64,000 nucleotides of DNA from assembly GCA_964035545.1 (NCBI GenBank), contig OZ037766.1, forward strand, positions 23,924,126 to 23,988,125. Reading direction: 5' to 3'. Position numbers and translations under genes: made by a program. Within the stretch, counting starts at the first letter, position 1, and each line of letters begins with the position of its first letter. This DNA is from Bugula neritina. Its lineage: Eukaryota; Animalia; Bryozoa. A model generated the notes under the pieces. That model ran no database searches. It was not told where the DNA came from and worked only from the letters and a program-made list of their open reading frames with translations. Of the stretch, positions 1-12,031 are shown piece by piece.

Positions 1-3000
1 ACAATTATCTTCAAAACAATAACTCATTTGTTGATATTTTAAAGAATATCCAGATGAATGGAGTATCAGCAGCCAACTTGACAGCAAAAGTCAACAACAC
101 TGGTGGACAAGGAGTTCCTCCAGGGACAAACTTCACTGTTTCTGGTAATCCATCCATCTCCAGCCATCAGCAAACACTAATACCAGCAACTAATACCACA
201 GCAACAACATCAACTACTAACATTACAAACACACCAACTACTACCATTACAAACACACCAACTACTACTACAGCAGCTACACCAAAAACTACCACAAAGG
301 CACCAATCACAAAAGCTTCCAAACTGTGTGATAGTGTGATAGTAGACTCTTTCCTAGTAACTTTACCCAACACATCAGATAACAGCTCTAGTACAATATT
401 ATTGATGCAGCTTGCCATGGCTAAAACGGTGAGTTGTTACTGCATATATATTCACAATATTACTATACTACATTTTAAACTAATGTATGAAGTAATATTT
501 TAGGAAACCCCAAAAATTTTTTAACAAGGCTAAAAATAGTTTGGTTATGTATAAGTTACAATGGAGTCATTTCAATTATTATACATGTACAGATAGTTAT
601 TATCAACAGATATATAGCATATAGGCTTATTTGAATGCTGTATATTATTATTGTGTTAACTAAAGTGACCATGGTTTGTATAAAATCAAGTAAATATTTG
701 AGCATGACTAGAATTATAACTGAAGTCATGTGTTGTAGTGTGATTGGTATACCATTTTGAAAATAGTTTTGTCTGCGAGTATTGTTGTATATTTGATGCA
801 TGCATCTTCTTTAGCGTTCGAAAAATATATATCCTACGTTCTAGACAATTGATAATTAAGCTAACATAACCATATATAGTGATAAATAATTTCAAGTGAC
901 TGCATATGAGCACTATTTACATAACAAGGAGCAAATAAGTTAGTTTAGCTAATCAAGTTACTGTAGATTTTACAAACTATTCCAATTATTGCTGTTGCTA
1001 GTCTCTGCCGTTTTAGTGTAGGCCTATTGCATAACTGGAAAGGTGTTTTGTAATGCTCCTTTTTTTCGTATTTTGTAGGCAACTAAGATCCCAATTTAAT
1101 TTTAATTTTTAATTTACTTGTGATATGTATACTTTATTCAACTCCAAAGCATTGTTTATTCTACAAATTCCAATTATCTCTTTAATAGTAACATATTTTA
1201 TCAAGTTTCTTACAATTCATATGGGAGCTTTTCAATTATAGCCTACTATTCTATATCTCTGTACAACTCAAACCACATAGAAACCATATTAGTATCAATA
1301 TAGACTTTTACAGAGGAATAAGTCAAAAGTGTTTCCAAATCATCAACGTACAACAGCTTTCTTAAAATTTGAAATCCCTAACATCTCTAATATTGAAGGA
1401 GTGCTCTACCTGCTGCTATAATTTGTTATGATGTCCCAAATAGTGTGAAACGCATGGTATTTGCTAAAAGTATCACATAATTAAAGGGTTTATATTTTCT
1501 GCTTTTTTATTCAGCGTGAAGTTATGACAGGACGTCAACAAGTCATAAATAAATCACTTGTGATGGGCAGTAATTGTTGTTCATTATAATTATCTCAGCT
1601 TGGTAACAAATTGATACCTTATCTATAGTGTTTTAACTCAAATAATGAAGTAAACTTTAAAGCATAGTATAAAAAAGATTTGCAATAAATATTTCTACAT
1701 CTGGTAAACTATTATATATTTAGTATAGCCTTTATTATTGTCCTTTAAAACATATAGTATGCATATAATAATATATTAAATAATTAATAATTTGACTTTG
1801 GTTTCAACAAAACAGCTCTTTATAATCTGTCACAATACTGTTTATTGATAGTTAACTTGGTAAGCAATATACATATTGTATACATAGTATACAAAAGTTA
1901 TTTATAATTGGTTTTTGTAGTTAGAACAGTACTTGATAGACAGGAATACACAGAGTACCACGTATAAAGTTGTTGATGTCAGTTGCTATTCCAACTCTCC
2001 AACTGATTACACCTGCAGAACCACATGTGAACAGAAACCAACCAGGTTACGCCAAAAGAGAAGTCAATCTCAGATCTCTTTAGACTTTAACAATTATCTT
2101 CAAAACAAAAACTCATTTGTTGATATTTTAAAGTATATCCAGATGAATGGAGTATCAGCAGCCAATTTGACAGCAAAAGTCAACAACACTGATGGACAAG
2201 GAGTTCCTCCAGGGACAAACTTTACTGTTTCTGGTAATCCATCCATCTCTAGTCATCAGCAAATACTAATACCAGCAAATACTACCACTACAGCCTCACC
2301 AACTACTACTACTACTACAAAAATACCAAATAATACCATTAGAGAAGCTCCAACTACTAATGCTACAAAGAGACTAACTACTGCTGCAATAGACACAACA
2401 ACTGTCACCATTGCAACAGCAAGAAATGCTACTACAATGTTAACCAATGTCCTTCCTGAGACTACAAATATGGGTACAGAAGTCAAAGCATCAGCCAGTT
2501 ATAAGAGTGCATCACAAAATGTTAATAATTTGTTCATGATTTTAATGGGCGGAATTAACATTAATACCCACAAAGATAACATTATAATAGAACAACCAAG
2601 AAGCTATGAATCAGAGATTGCTCAAACAACAGATAAAACAGGTGAGTGATTGTAATTGAAACGCATTTTTAAATGGCAATTTTGATAATTTTTATACTAT
2701 AAAGCTTCTTTAAAAGCTAAATAGTAATATATTATATCTTAAGTGATTTGGCTAAGTTTGATGTTAACGACTATAACATTACGACTAGTAACAGTATATT
2801 GCTCTACTTTTTAAAATATGTTCTAAAACATTCTTAGGTGTGAAATGTCACTGTTATATGAAACTAGCACAAATAATTATATTACATTTATTAGGTTATA
2901 GCTTACTAATTGTCATCTATTGTGTTGCTTTGTCTCATGTTACAGTATAGTTACTCTTGGATGGTTATAGAGAAACACTCAGGAATAGCAGTTTCAGCTG

Positions 3001-3770
3001 AATTATTGCATGCTGCTTAAATTTTTCTCACTGTGACAAATTATTGTATACTTTTTATTCAGAATGTTCTATGTGAAAATCTAATATAGTATGTGTATTT
3101 TTCAATTAAACAGCACTTGGAGCAGATATTTGTATTTCATGCTCTAGAGAAGCATCATGCAGATGGACACCTCTGAAAGGGCTACATTGTCAATGTAACC
3201 CTGGATTTGCTGGAGATGGGAGGCACTGTGTAGGTGAGAATAGAAATGCTTTCAACTATTGAACTAGTATTAATTTCTGACAGTTTCCTATTTACCAAGC
3301 TGTTGCAGTTCAAACTATTCACATAACCATGCAGCTAGTTCCATAAAAGTTTTATATTATTCTAGTGCATGGTAGTTAAATGTTTCTTTATTTTAGAGCT
3401 AAGTTTTTTCATATACTGCCATATATATGCTGACATTTATATACTAGGAAAAAGCCTAAAATTCATTATATTGCGACTAAGAACAATTTGATTTGGCATA
3501 AACGTTCTAGAATTTATGTACATAACAAACTGGAAGTTAGCTAGTTGGTTGGTAAAAAGTTTGACAGATTGTAATTAATAGTCTATATTTCTATGTAATA
3601 ATGTAGATATTGATGAATGTTCTTCTGGCACCCAACTGAGATGTAGTACCAAAGGTTACTGTGTAAACACCCATGGCTCTGCCAGATGTCAGTGTTATCC
3701 TGGCTACATTGGAAATGGAATTGATTGTATCCATCAAAGTTTTCAAAAATCATATGACAATTATAACTAA
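1..3770 (+). CDS. Secreted mucin-like protein, 3' part: repeated SEA-like + Thr/Pro-rich modules followed by EGF and calcium-binding EGF domains (5' end outside window)
   Basis: Exons <1-428, 1921-2641, 3114-3233, 3607-3770 (TAA), with GT-AG junctions and phases 0/1/1 consistent. Thr/Pro-rich stretches. EGF CISCSREASC...CQCNPGFAGDGRHC and cbEGF DIDECSSGTQLRC...CVNTHGSARCQCYPGYIGNGIDC. No transmembrane helix before the stop. Confidence 0.75.
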
Positions 3771-5587
3771 AACAATTATAATAATATATCTTTGTGATTT
3801 ATACCTGGTAATTCCAGTTTTAAATTGTACATGTAGTTCAAGTATAGTATGAGGCGCTGGTGCTTCTATTTTAACTAATTAAATTAGTTTATGATTATAT
3901 TTGATTCTATAGATATGCTTGAAAATTTATACCATGCTGTTGTAAGATTATAATGGAACATGACTAACTTACAGAAAATAATTTGGTAGTTGAACAACAA
4001 TTTGAGTTCTAAATATGACATCATGTGTTTCTGCTGTTCATTTTTAAATATAATTTAAACCATTGCGCAGCATGGGTTAAGTGATAACCATGAATGTTTT
4101 AAAGTAGCCTGAAAATTATAAATAAATCATTTGAATAAACTGCAGAAATAGTATTTCTAGCTGGTGTTAGATCCAAAGTCTTGCTAGTTCTAAGTAGGCT
4201 ATACCTAAGCTTATTATAATCCCCAGTTTCAAATTGATTGATAACTTGCTGGATGAGTTGACAGTGTGTATGTGCAAAAGTTTTTTTGTTGGTTAATTCA
4301 ACTTAATAGTTGACTTACTATTTAAAGTGATAGACTACCTAACTTATTGGGCGACTTTGCTATTATATGACTGCATTAATTATAAGTTCTATTAAGTGGC
4401 AAATAGCAGTTATTTCTGATTATTACATTCATCAGAAGCTATTTAAAAAAGCTGTTTGAAAATTAAAAACGTATATAAAACACATTACCATGAATTACTT
4501 GTGTTATAAACGCTAGAATTAGCAGGATGGTATATGGCAAGACTTTTTATTGCCTGATGTTGTGAAAATTACTAACAAAATTTAAGTTTTGCATTTAGAT
4601 TGACCTAGATGCACACTCTATCACATGTAATAACATTGTCAGCCAGCATGATGTCACTCGTGTGCACAAGCAATGCTATTGTTTGACATACTGTATGTAT
4701 ATTACCCTAGCGAGTAGGAGCATTGTGGGTTTTTCTCACAACGGTCAATGATAAAGTATAGTGATGTCATATTCCTTAAATTATGTTTTAAAGTATAAAA
4801 TGACAGGGTTTTATTGTAAAGTTTGAAGGAATCATTAGACTCTTGGAGTATTCGGGCTTATGAGCGAAGAGGAGACAAATGCTGTGTTGTGTTGACTGAC
4901 AGCAATTCTGGAAGCAGAACAGTATGTGGTTATTGGTAAATACTGTGTATTTCCAAGGACATGAGAAAATAGATATGCAGCAAATAGTCACATTAATTTC
5001 TGTTTGTAAAGAAAATATTTTGTTTAAGCTTAAAAAATAAAATAAGTGACATACTATATTAGTTCATAAAAAAATTATGAAAAAATGGCAAGTGTAGCTA
5101 AAATAGAATTTAGATACTGTCAAAAATATAAGATAATGGCGCACCTGGAATTTGAGAGCATAGCTTATAGAAGATTCTTATAGAGAGGTTGAGGTATAAA
5201 CAAAAGGATAACCAGTAAAAATAAAACGAAAAGGTAAAACGCCAAAAATTAAAAAGATCCATGTAGCCACGATTCTAAAAAATTTATGGGTAGTTATTCA
5301 TTAGATTTCAAAAATAAATTTTAGAAAAACCTCTACACGCTAAACTTCCAAGAATATTTGAAAGAAGTAAAGATTCCTTCTGAATTCAGTACTCAGTTAC
5401 ATAATACTGCAAAAAATTACGATAGAGATTATAAATGGCACCACATTGAAGGCATAGTTGAAACATACTTAATGATGGATTGAAACAGATTTAAAACAAA
5501 CCTTGTTAATAGGCTACAGATAGCTTTTAAAGAACCATAATACTATAATTCAGATCTAAGTACAACATTCCCTAAAGAGCACGAGAT

Positions 5588-8500
5588 CTAGACTGGTCTT
5601 ATACCAACAATAGATCTCAGCTGCTCGAATATAAAAAATGTGACTATAGTGTGTGGTCCTATTCTCATCCAGTTCGGTATGAAGCCCTTATATAACCCCT
5701 TTAAACCTTCTGCTTTAAGGCACTGACGGGCTGCGTCTAATGGTGAATTGTATTTAAGACCTTTTCCACCTGTTAAACAAAAATAATAATACTAGAATCC
5801 AAAAACTTATTTCAACAAATATTTCATTATATTAATATAAACAAAATATCATACATATATAGCAAGTAGCAACTTAGCAAGTTTTACAAAATTTTAAAGT
5901 ATAAAATCCAATCAAATTATTTTTGTAGAGTTTTTTTTTGCAAACTTAAACATCTCTAACCTGTCTTTCACTGCTCATGGTAAAAAACAACTACAGAACT
6001 CCACATAAAAATACAACCATTATATTGATTATTTCTATCACAAAATTGACTATTTTTATAAAAAAGCTGACGAGATACAAACCTATCTTATGCTGATTCA
6101 TAATCCTAGTTTTTATAGTGTCCACTGGAGAGGTGGTGATAGCACACATCAGGCCAGCGACCATTGAGGATACAATATGCAGAGGGACTCCTTCCTCCAT
6201 GAGCTGGTGGTTTAGTAAGGTGTGCTTCATGTGGTCATACGTGGGTATCTAAAGTATCCATACAGCGGATGAACAGAAGATAGGAGAAAAAAGCTCAACA
6301 CAGTTGCGCTTATATTTATTAAGCAGCACATCAACATGGAACTTACCTGTAAATTAAACCTACACAATCGCATCAGAGAAATTAAAAAAGGCACTAGTTA
6401 GTTTAATTTTTACCAGTGCGCCTGTATTTCTAGCATTTATGTTTAGCTATTTAAAAACCAGAAGAAAAAAATTGCTTTACGCCTGCGAATGAATGACATA
6501 TCATAGATTTACGAAACTGGTCAAAGTTAAGCGATTGTATTTTATACAATAAAGAGTTGTCTGCTCTTGATATAGCTGAATGCTCAGTACAGACTGGAAC
6601 TTATTTTGTCATCCTTAGTTACAACAAAAATCCAACAAGATTATTGGTACACCTGAGCGTAGGTGATAAACTATTTATATAAATACTGGCGCAGAAGCTT
6701 CCTCAAACTACTTTCCTAAATTAAGAAAACAACTGCAAAATACTGACAAAATAATTGAGCTTTAATATACTGCTATGTACTAAGAGACTTACAACTACTC
6801 ACACAAGTTTATAGTCGCTATCCCTGTGAGAAACCCCTGATAGAAAAGGTAAACTTTTGTTAAATCGGGCTAAGGACTTATTCAGATGAGGCACAGGAGC
6901 AATTATGACTAGATGCTCTTTTTAACATCACCAATGGCCTTTGTCTGGGCTCGAACCCATGACCTTCGTGCTTACTAGGCAAACGCTCTAACCCCTAGAC
7001 CAAAACTACTATTACGTAAAATAAGATATGCAATGTAAATATCTAACTAAACATTAAAATTTAATGTTAATTTTGTTACCAATAGTTGTGCCAAAGGTAA
7101 TACTTATTTACTTGAGTAGCTGTGAGTATCATAGCTCTACACACAGTAGGTGTACATCCTGTCCAAAGACCTCTAACACCTATGAAAATAAAACAATATA
7201 AGAAATAGACATTCTCAGCTGCACGTCAATGCCGTAGAGATAGACTGATTAACTGTCATTCAGAGGTGGTACTGCGTGAGGGTTACAAACCACTAGCAGA
7301 AAGGTTGTTCACATGACCCATAAGATTGCTCTACTCTACCAACTAAGTCACTCACATTCGTTTATTGCAGAGCAATGCACCTCATTATTATGTTTCATAA
7401 ATCAGAGCCGAATTTGCAAAAAATATATGTTATTGAGTAGCTATGACATAGAGGACACAAATCCTAATGACTTGAACATTACAATTACTTACATTTAAAT
7501 TTCAAGTATACCTGCAAAAAATAAACAGGTAATGCGGCAAATTTTAGTGAGTAATCTACAATTATCAGACAACAATTGTTCATTTTAGATAAAAAAAATC
7601 TGAAAAAATCCTTTTAATGTCATTCAAGTTGCAAACACAAGTGTAGGTCATTTCATACTGCCTGTAGGCAGCATTGCACAAAGTGGAGGCTAGACGCAGA
7701 CTGCAACGCTTCTAACTTATACACTCGAACATCTTTCAACTTAAAACCAAAGACTTCAAGTGTTTTAGACAACACTGTGCATACAATAATTATGATCATA
7801 CTAGTGTCTCTAGCCAATACCAGAAACATACACTGCGACGATTAAATGTTTGGTATCTATGAACTATAAACCTGTTGTAATTGCAAGTACCTTCAGTTTG
7901 GAGAATTTCCCGGAAAGCAGAGACGACTCCCGTATACCTTACAGATTCCTGAGGAGACAACTTTCCCTGAGCTTGAAGTCTGACCTTGATGAGGTCAGTT
8001 GGGTTAGCGAGAGCTGAACCTATTGCACCTACAACCAGTGCAAGGGAAGGGATTGAATACCACAGGCACTTATGTAAAGCTTGCGCAAGTTTATAGTGAC
8101 CAGCCCTGTGAGAAATCCATGATGGAAAGGGTTGTTTTTAAAGCGGGCTAAGGACTTATTCATATGTGACACAGAAGCAATTATGTCTGGATGCTCTTTC
8201 TAACATCACCAATGACCTTTACTAAAGTTTGAACCCATGACTTTAGGTTTACTAAGCCAGCGCTTCAACCCCTAGACCATGACTGCTCCCTGAACATCAC
8301 AATGACTGAAGCCCAATAAATGCAAGACTAATCAGCTGATACTTTGACCTCTATCAGATTCAATCTATACACCCAATAGACCTGAAATTAAACTATAACA
8401 TTTTTATACACTATAAATATGTTCTAGCTACAGAAAACACAGTAAATAATAGGTGAGGGCTGTCAAATTGTCCAAGTTTAAATAGTTGCTTCAAATGATA

Positions 8501-10048
8501 ACTGGTACGTCTTTGGTTTAAAATTCCGAGCTTCGATATAATATATTTGCTTTATCACTAAACAGAAGTGAACAGTGTGATGAACTACAATGGCATACCA
8601 GAAGTAGCACCAGCGAGGATTTTCTTCCAAAGAGGAGTATGGGCTGGGTCTGTAGCCCCCAACTTGGATTTCAAAGGTTCATAGGCACCTAGTCTAATGG
8701 TACTGTAACTTCCCTCCCTGAGCATGGAGGCAGACCAACTACCAGAAAAAGAAATAATCAAGAGATTACAACTCATAAAATCAATCAATCACGCAGCTAC
8801 ATGGCATCTAACCGATTAACATTCTAAACTTAAACATTACGAATTGCTTAAACAGTGCTGTTTGTGATACAGAAGAATTGATTCATATTTACTATTACAG
8901 TGATTCCTCTACATCTCATGAATCTAGCTCCAATGAAATTTAATAAGTCACAAAAAGGCTTAAACCCCATTTTGTGGCTTATGTATGTCAATAGGGTCAA
9001 AATAGCCGAATTTAACGAATCTGTGAGTTAAATCTGGTATTTTACTGTCTCATAAATTGAGGTTTCGAACTCGTAGCTTGTTGAGATACGGAGGGAGCAC
9101 TGTACCACAAAGAGAACCGCCATATTTAACTGCATACTGAAGAAATCAGAGTAATATCTACTTTTGTATCTATATAAGACTACACATAATATATGTATCA
9201 ATACGCATATAATATGTAACACTACACATAATACATGTAACAATACGCATAATTATATGTAACAATACATTGCCAAATCCCAACGCTATGCATTAAAAAA
9301 GGGCGCTCTGATATAACTGAAGATTCTTATCAACACTATATTTATATCTGAAATACTACCAATTATAGAGAATTTATCACTTTATTTTATGGTAATTTAT
9401 TATTTTTATAAGATTCAGAGTAACAATTTTTGATAAAAAAGCGAATTTCTTAAGGAAAAAACTTAGGCGATATTCCAATATTGCAAAACGTAATTAAAAA
9501 ATGATGCTTCAGTTTAACAAAACAGTATAAACCCTCACCCTTTATATAAACCCCTGAAACCCTCTTCTGCAATGATTCGACTGATTCCTCGTAGAAATCC
9601 TTGGTACTTGCTTGGTGCTGAGGTGTGACTGCGCAGTTCATTGTCTAGCTGAAGTCTGGTCTTAATCACATCCACAGGATTAGTCACTGAAATACTGATT
9701 TCTTTGAATTTTTATTGAAACAATATATCCCATGTTAATGTCCATTGTAGCTTGCAATTAATTTGGAGCTATTTCAACTTGAGAAACATGCATTAAACTT
9801 TAAAGTCACCAACAAAATTCAACTTGAAAATTTCATAAAATTTAATGATGCAACCGATTATTTTTTCATCTAACATTTCAAGGCCTTTGAATAAACCATG
9901 AACCATATTAAAAGACGCATTAAAACAGAATGCTGGCGCTCGGGTGAGCATTTAGTGACTCTAAATTACCTGTAGCCCCTGTCATGTTTGATGTGCCAGC
10001 AAGCATGAAGAGTACAGCATCAAAAGATGTGGCAGATTTGGAAGCCAT
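5588..10048 (-). CDS. Mitochondrial carrier (SLC25), UCP/BMCP1/KMCP1 (ucpB-like) subfamily
   Basis: Seven exons 10048-9970, 9686-9539, 8738-8599, 8028-7891, 7179-7112, 6248-6083, 5769-5588 (TAG). Three PX[DE]XXKXR signatures (PVDVIKTR, PTDLIKVR, PVDTIKTR), EGxRGL[YW]xG motifs, REGSYSTIRLGAYEPLK and PNWMRIGPHTIVTF typical of UCP-like carriers. Confidence 0.92.
6803..7010 (-). mobile_element. tRNA-Thr(AGT)-derived SINE, copy 1
   Basis: On the minus strand: A box TGGTCTAGGGG, TGC-CTAGTAA-GCA anticodon arm, B box GGTTCGAGCCC, then a conserved GGTGATGTTA..AAGAGCATC core and a CAGGGAT.GCGACTATAAACTTG tail shared with three other copies. Confidence 0.8.
8086..8290 (-). mobile_element. tRNA-derived SINE, copy 2
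   Basis: Aligns along its length with 6803-7010 (gggctaaggacttattca, gatgctct..taacatcaccaatg, aacccctagacca). Confidence 0.8.
9178..9270. repeat. ~20-bp tandem repeat
   Basis: Repeated tac[ag]cataata..tgtaaca units. Confidence 0.65.
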
Positions 10049-11725
10049 TTTATAATTCAGCAGTGCTTGAGATAGTTCTAAGACTAAAGAGAACATAACC
10101 ACTAAACTTTTGTATAAAGATAAACCCTTAAATATGATGCTCACTTTAAAAGCTGAATGTCTTTTTATAGACATTGAATGTTGGGCACATAGCTTGTACT
10201 GTTAACTGTAGCCAAAGCAATAATGAAGGAAAAGCAGTATAGACTCTGGATAGTCAGGTATTTGTTAAAAAAGAATCCGAACCGCCAGACTCTAGTTTGT
10301 AGATGCAGTTTACCTTCCCAGCAATTATTTAGAAGGAGCCTGATTTGGATGAAAATAAGAAGTTGCAAAAGGATACTAACATAGAACTTAAAGTAGAAAG
10401 CATTTACAATAAAAAATATAAGTCAGCAGCCAAAGTGTTGAGAGATTGCTAAAAGAATTGAAGTAGTAAAAGAAACCATGTGAAGACTAAAACTTGTTCC
10501 TGTATTAGAGTAAACAGACAAGAAAGATGCTGGTGACTAACAAATTCTCAAGGTAAAGTAAACCACACCAAATTCATAGAATAATTATGATAGATTAGCT
10601 CAGCTTCAAGTTCATCGGTTGAGTAATATTTATACCTATACATATACAGCTTAGTTACGACTGTTATAATTGATGCAATATGAATGTGTAACAAACAAGT
10701 AACTTTAAAATCACAGTGAGTGTGATTTTGGTGCTCCTAATTGTTATATTATTTGATATTTATATTGATATTGAATAACCGAAGAGAATCGTAGTATTAG
10801 TATATTATTAATACAAACTGAAACACTAAAAGTTATACTATATTTATACTACGAGTAAGTCTACTACTAGTACTACTACTAGTAACACTAAACGTAATTG
10901 TAATGAGCTCGGTGATAATATCAGCATAACACTTAGTAGGAGTTCGATAATCATAACGGTAACCATAATGATAAGCATCATCATGATGGTCATGGTGATT
11001 TAGCTTGACGGAGTCAGCTTCACTCTGACTCTCACTCTGAGTGAATCTTTTTATCCCAATAATGAATAATGATTATGCTAATTACTATTATTTTTATAGA
11101 ATTCGCATTTGGCTTAGCATCACTGACACTATCAATTACAATATCGCTGTGACCATCAGTATCAGTATCACTGTCACAGTCGTGCTGATACTCATGAGTC
11201 ATGCAGTCATCAGTCATGGGCTCATAGTGATAGTGATACTGATAGTCATGGCCATGCTGACAGTGACACACTGAAACTGAATTGAAATAAATAGCTATAG
11301 GTTTTTGAGTATACCTATAAGTTAATAACTGATATATCATACTGAACGATTAATATTTAAGCATTGCTGTATTAGTATTAGTAGCCGTCAACGAGTTAAA
11401 GGTACATAATGATAAAGATAATATATCACTGATCACTGTGACTATGGTAGCCGTGCAGAAATTCCGGTTTTCACCTTTCACTTTGCAAAAAGAAACCTTG
11501 ACATTTTCAAAATCAGAACTATTTTATACAGATCGGATGTTTTTTGTCAAATACAATACGTAATCCGAACTGGTTTGAAAGTACTAAAATATATGTTTTT
11601 ATCCATCTGTCACTTGCATCACTACATTATTTATTGTGAGGAAGACAACTCTATCAATACATCAAAGAACCCAATGATATCCAAAATTTTTCTACGATCT
11701 ATTATAAACTAAATCTGAGCTATTT

Positions 11726-12031
11726 GATAATAGATGTCGTCAAATGGAAACTGTTCTCTAATAGTAATAATTTTATCATCATCGATTAAATTATTTTACA
11801 AGCAGCGCAATACTGGGGGCGATTGAGTGCAGCAACCTGTAGTTCTCAGATTTTATAGTAAGGTTTATGTTCTCTAATAGATAATAGATAATAGATGTCG
11901 TCAAATGGAAACTGTTCTCTAATAGTAATAATTTTATCATCATCGATTAAATTATTTTACAAGCAGCGCAATACTGGGGGCGATTGAGTGCAGCAACCTG
12001 TAGTTCTCAGATTTTATAGTAAGGTTTATGT
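11726..12031. repeat. Direct tandem duplication, 161-bp period
   Basis: gataatagatgtcgtcaaatgg...gtaaggtttatgt occurs twice (gatgtcg at 11733 and 11894), essentially identical. Confidence 0.9.

Noticed and set aside
167-2486. Hydrophobic Val-rich minus-strand ORFs (167-418, 2256-2486)
   Set aside because: Antisense shadows of Thr-rich ACN codons of the mucin exons.
6935-7010. Possible tRNA-Thr gene
   Set aside because: The acceptor stem does not pair and the sequence continues into a body shared by four dispersed copies, so it is a SINE head.
7260-7353. A-box-like tgacttagttggtagag on the minus strand (second SINE or tRNA?)
   Set aside because: No recognisable B box or cloverleaf and no second copy in the window.
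11032-11340. His/Asp-rich ORF and overlapping hydrophobic ORF
   Set aside because: Arise from hexamer-periodic low-complexity DNA; no convincing splice context or domain.
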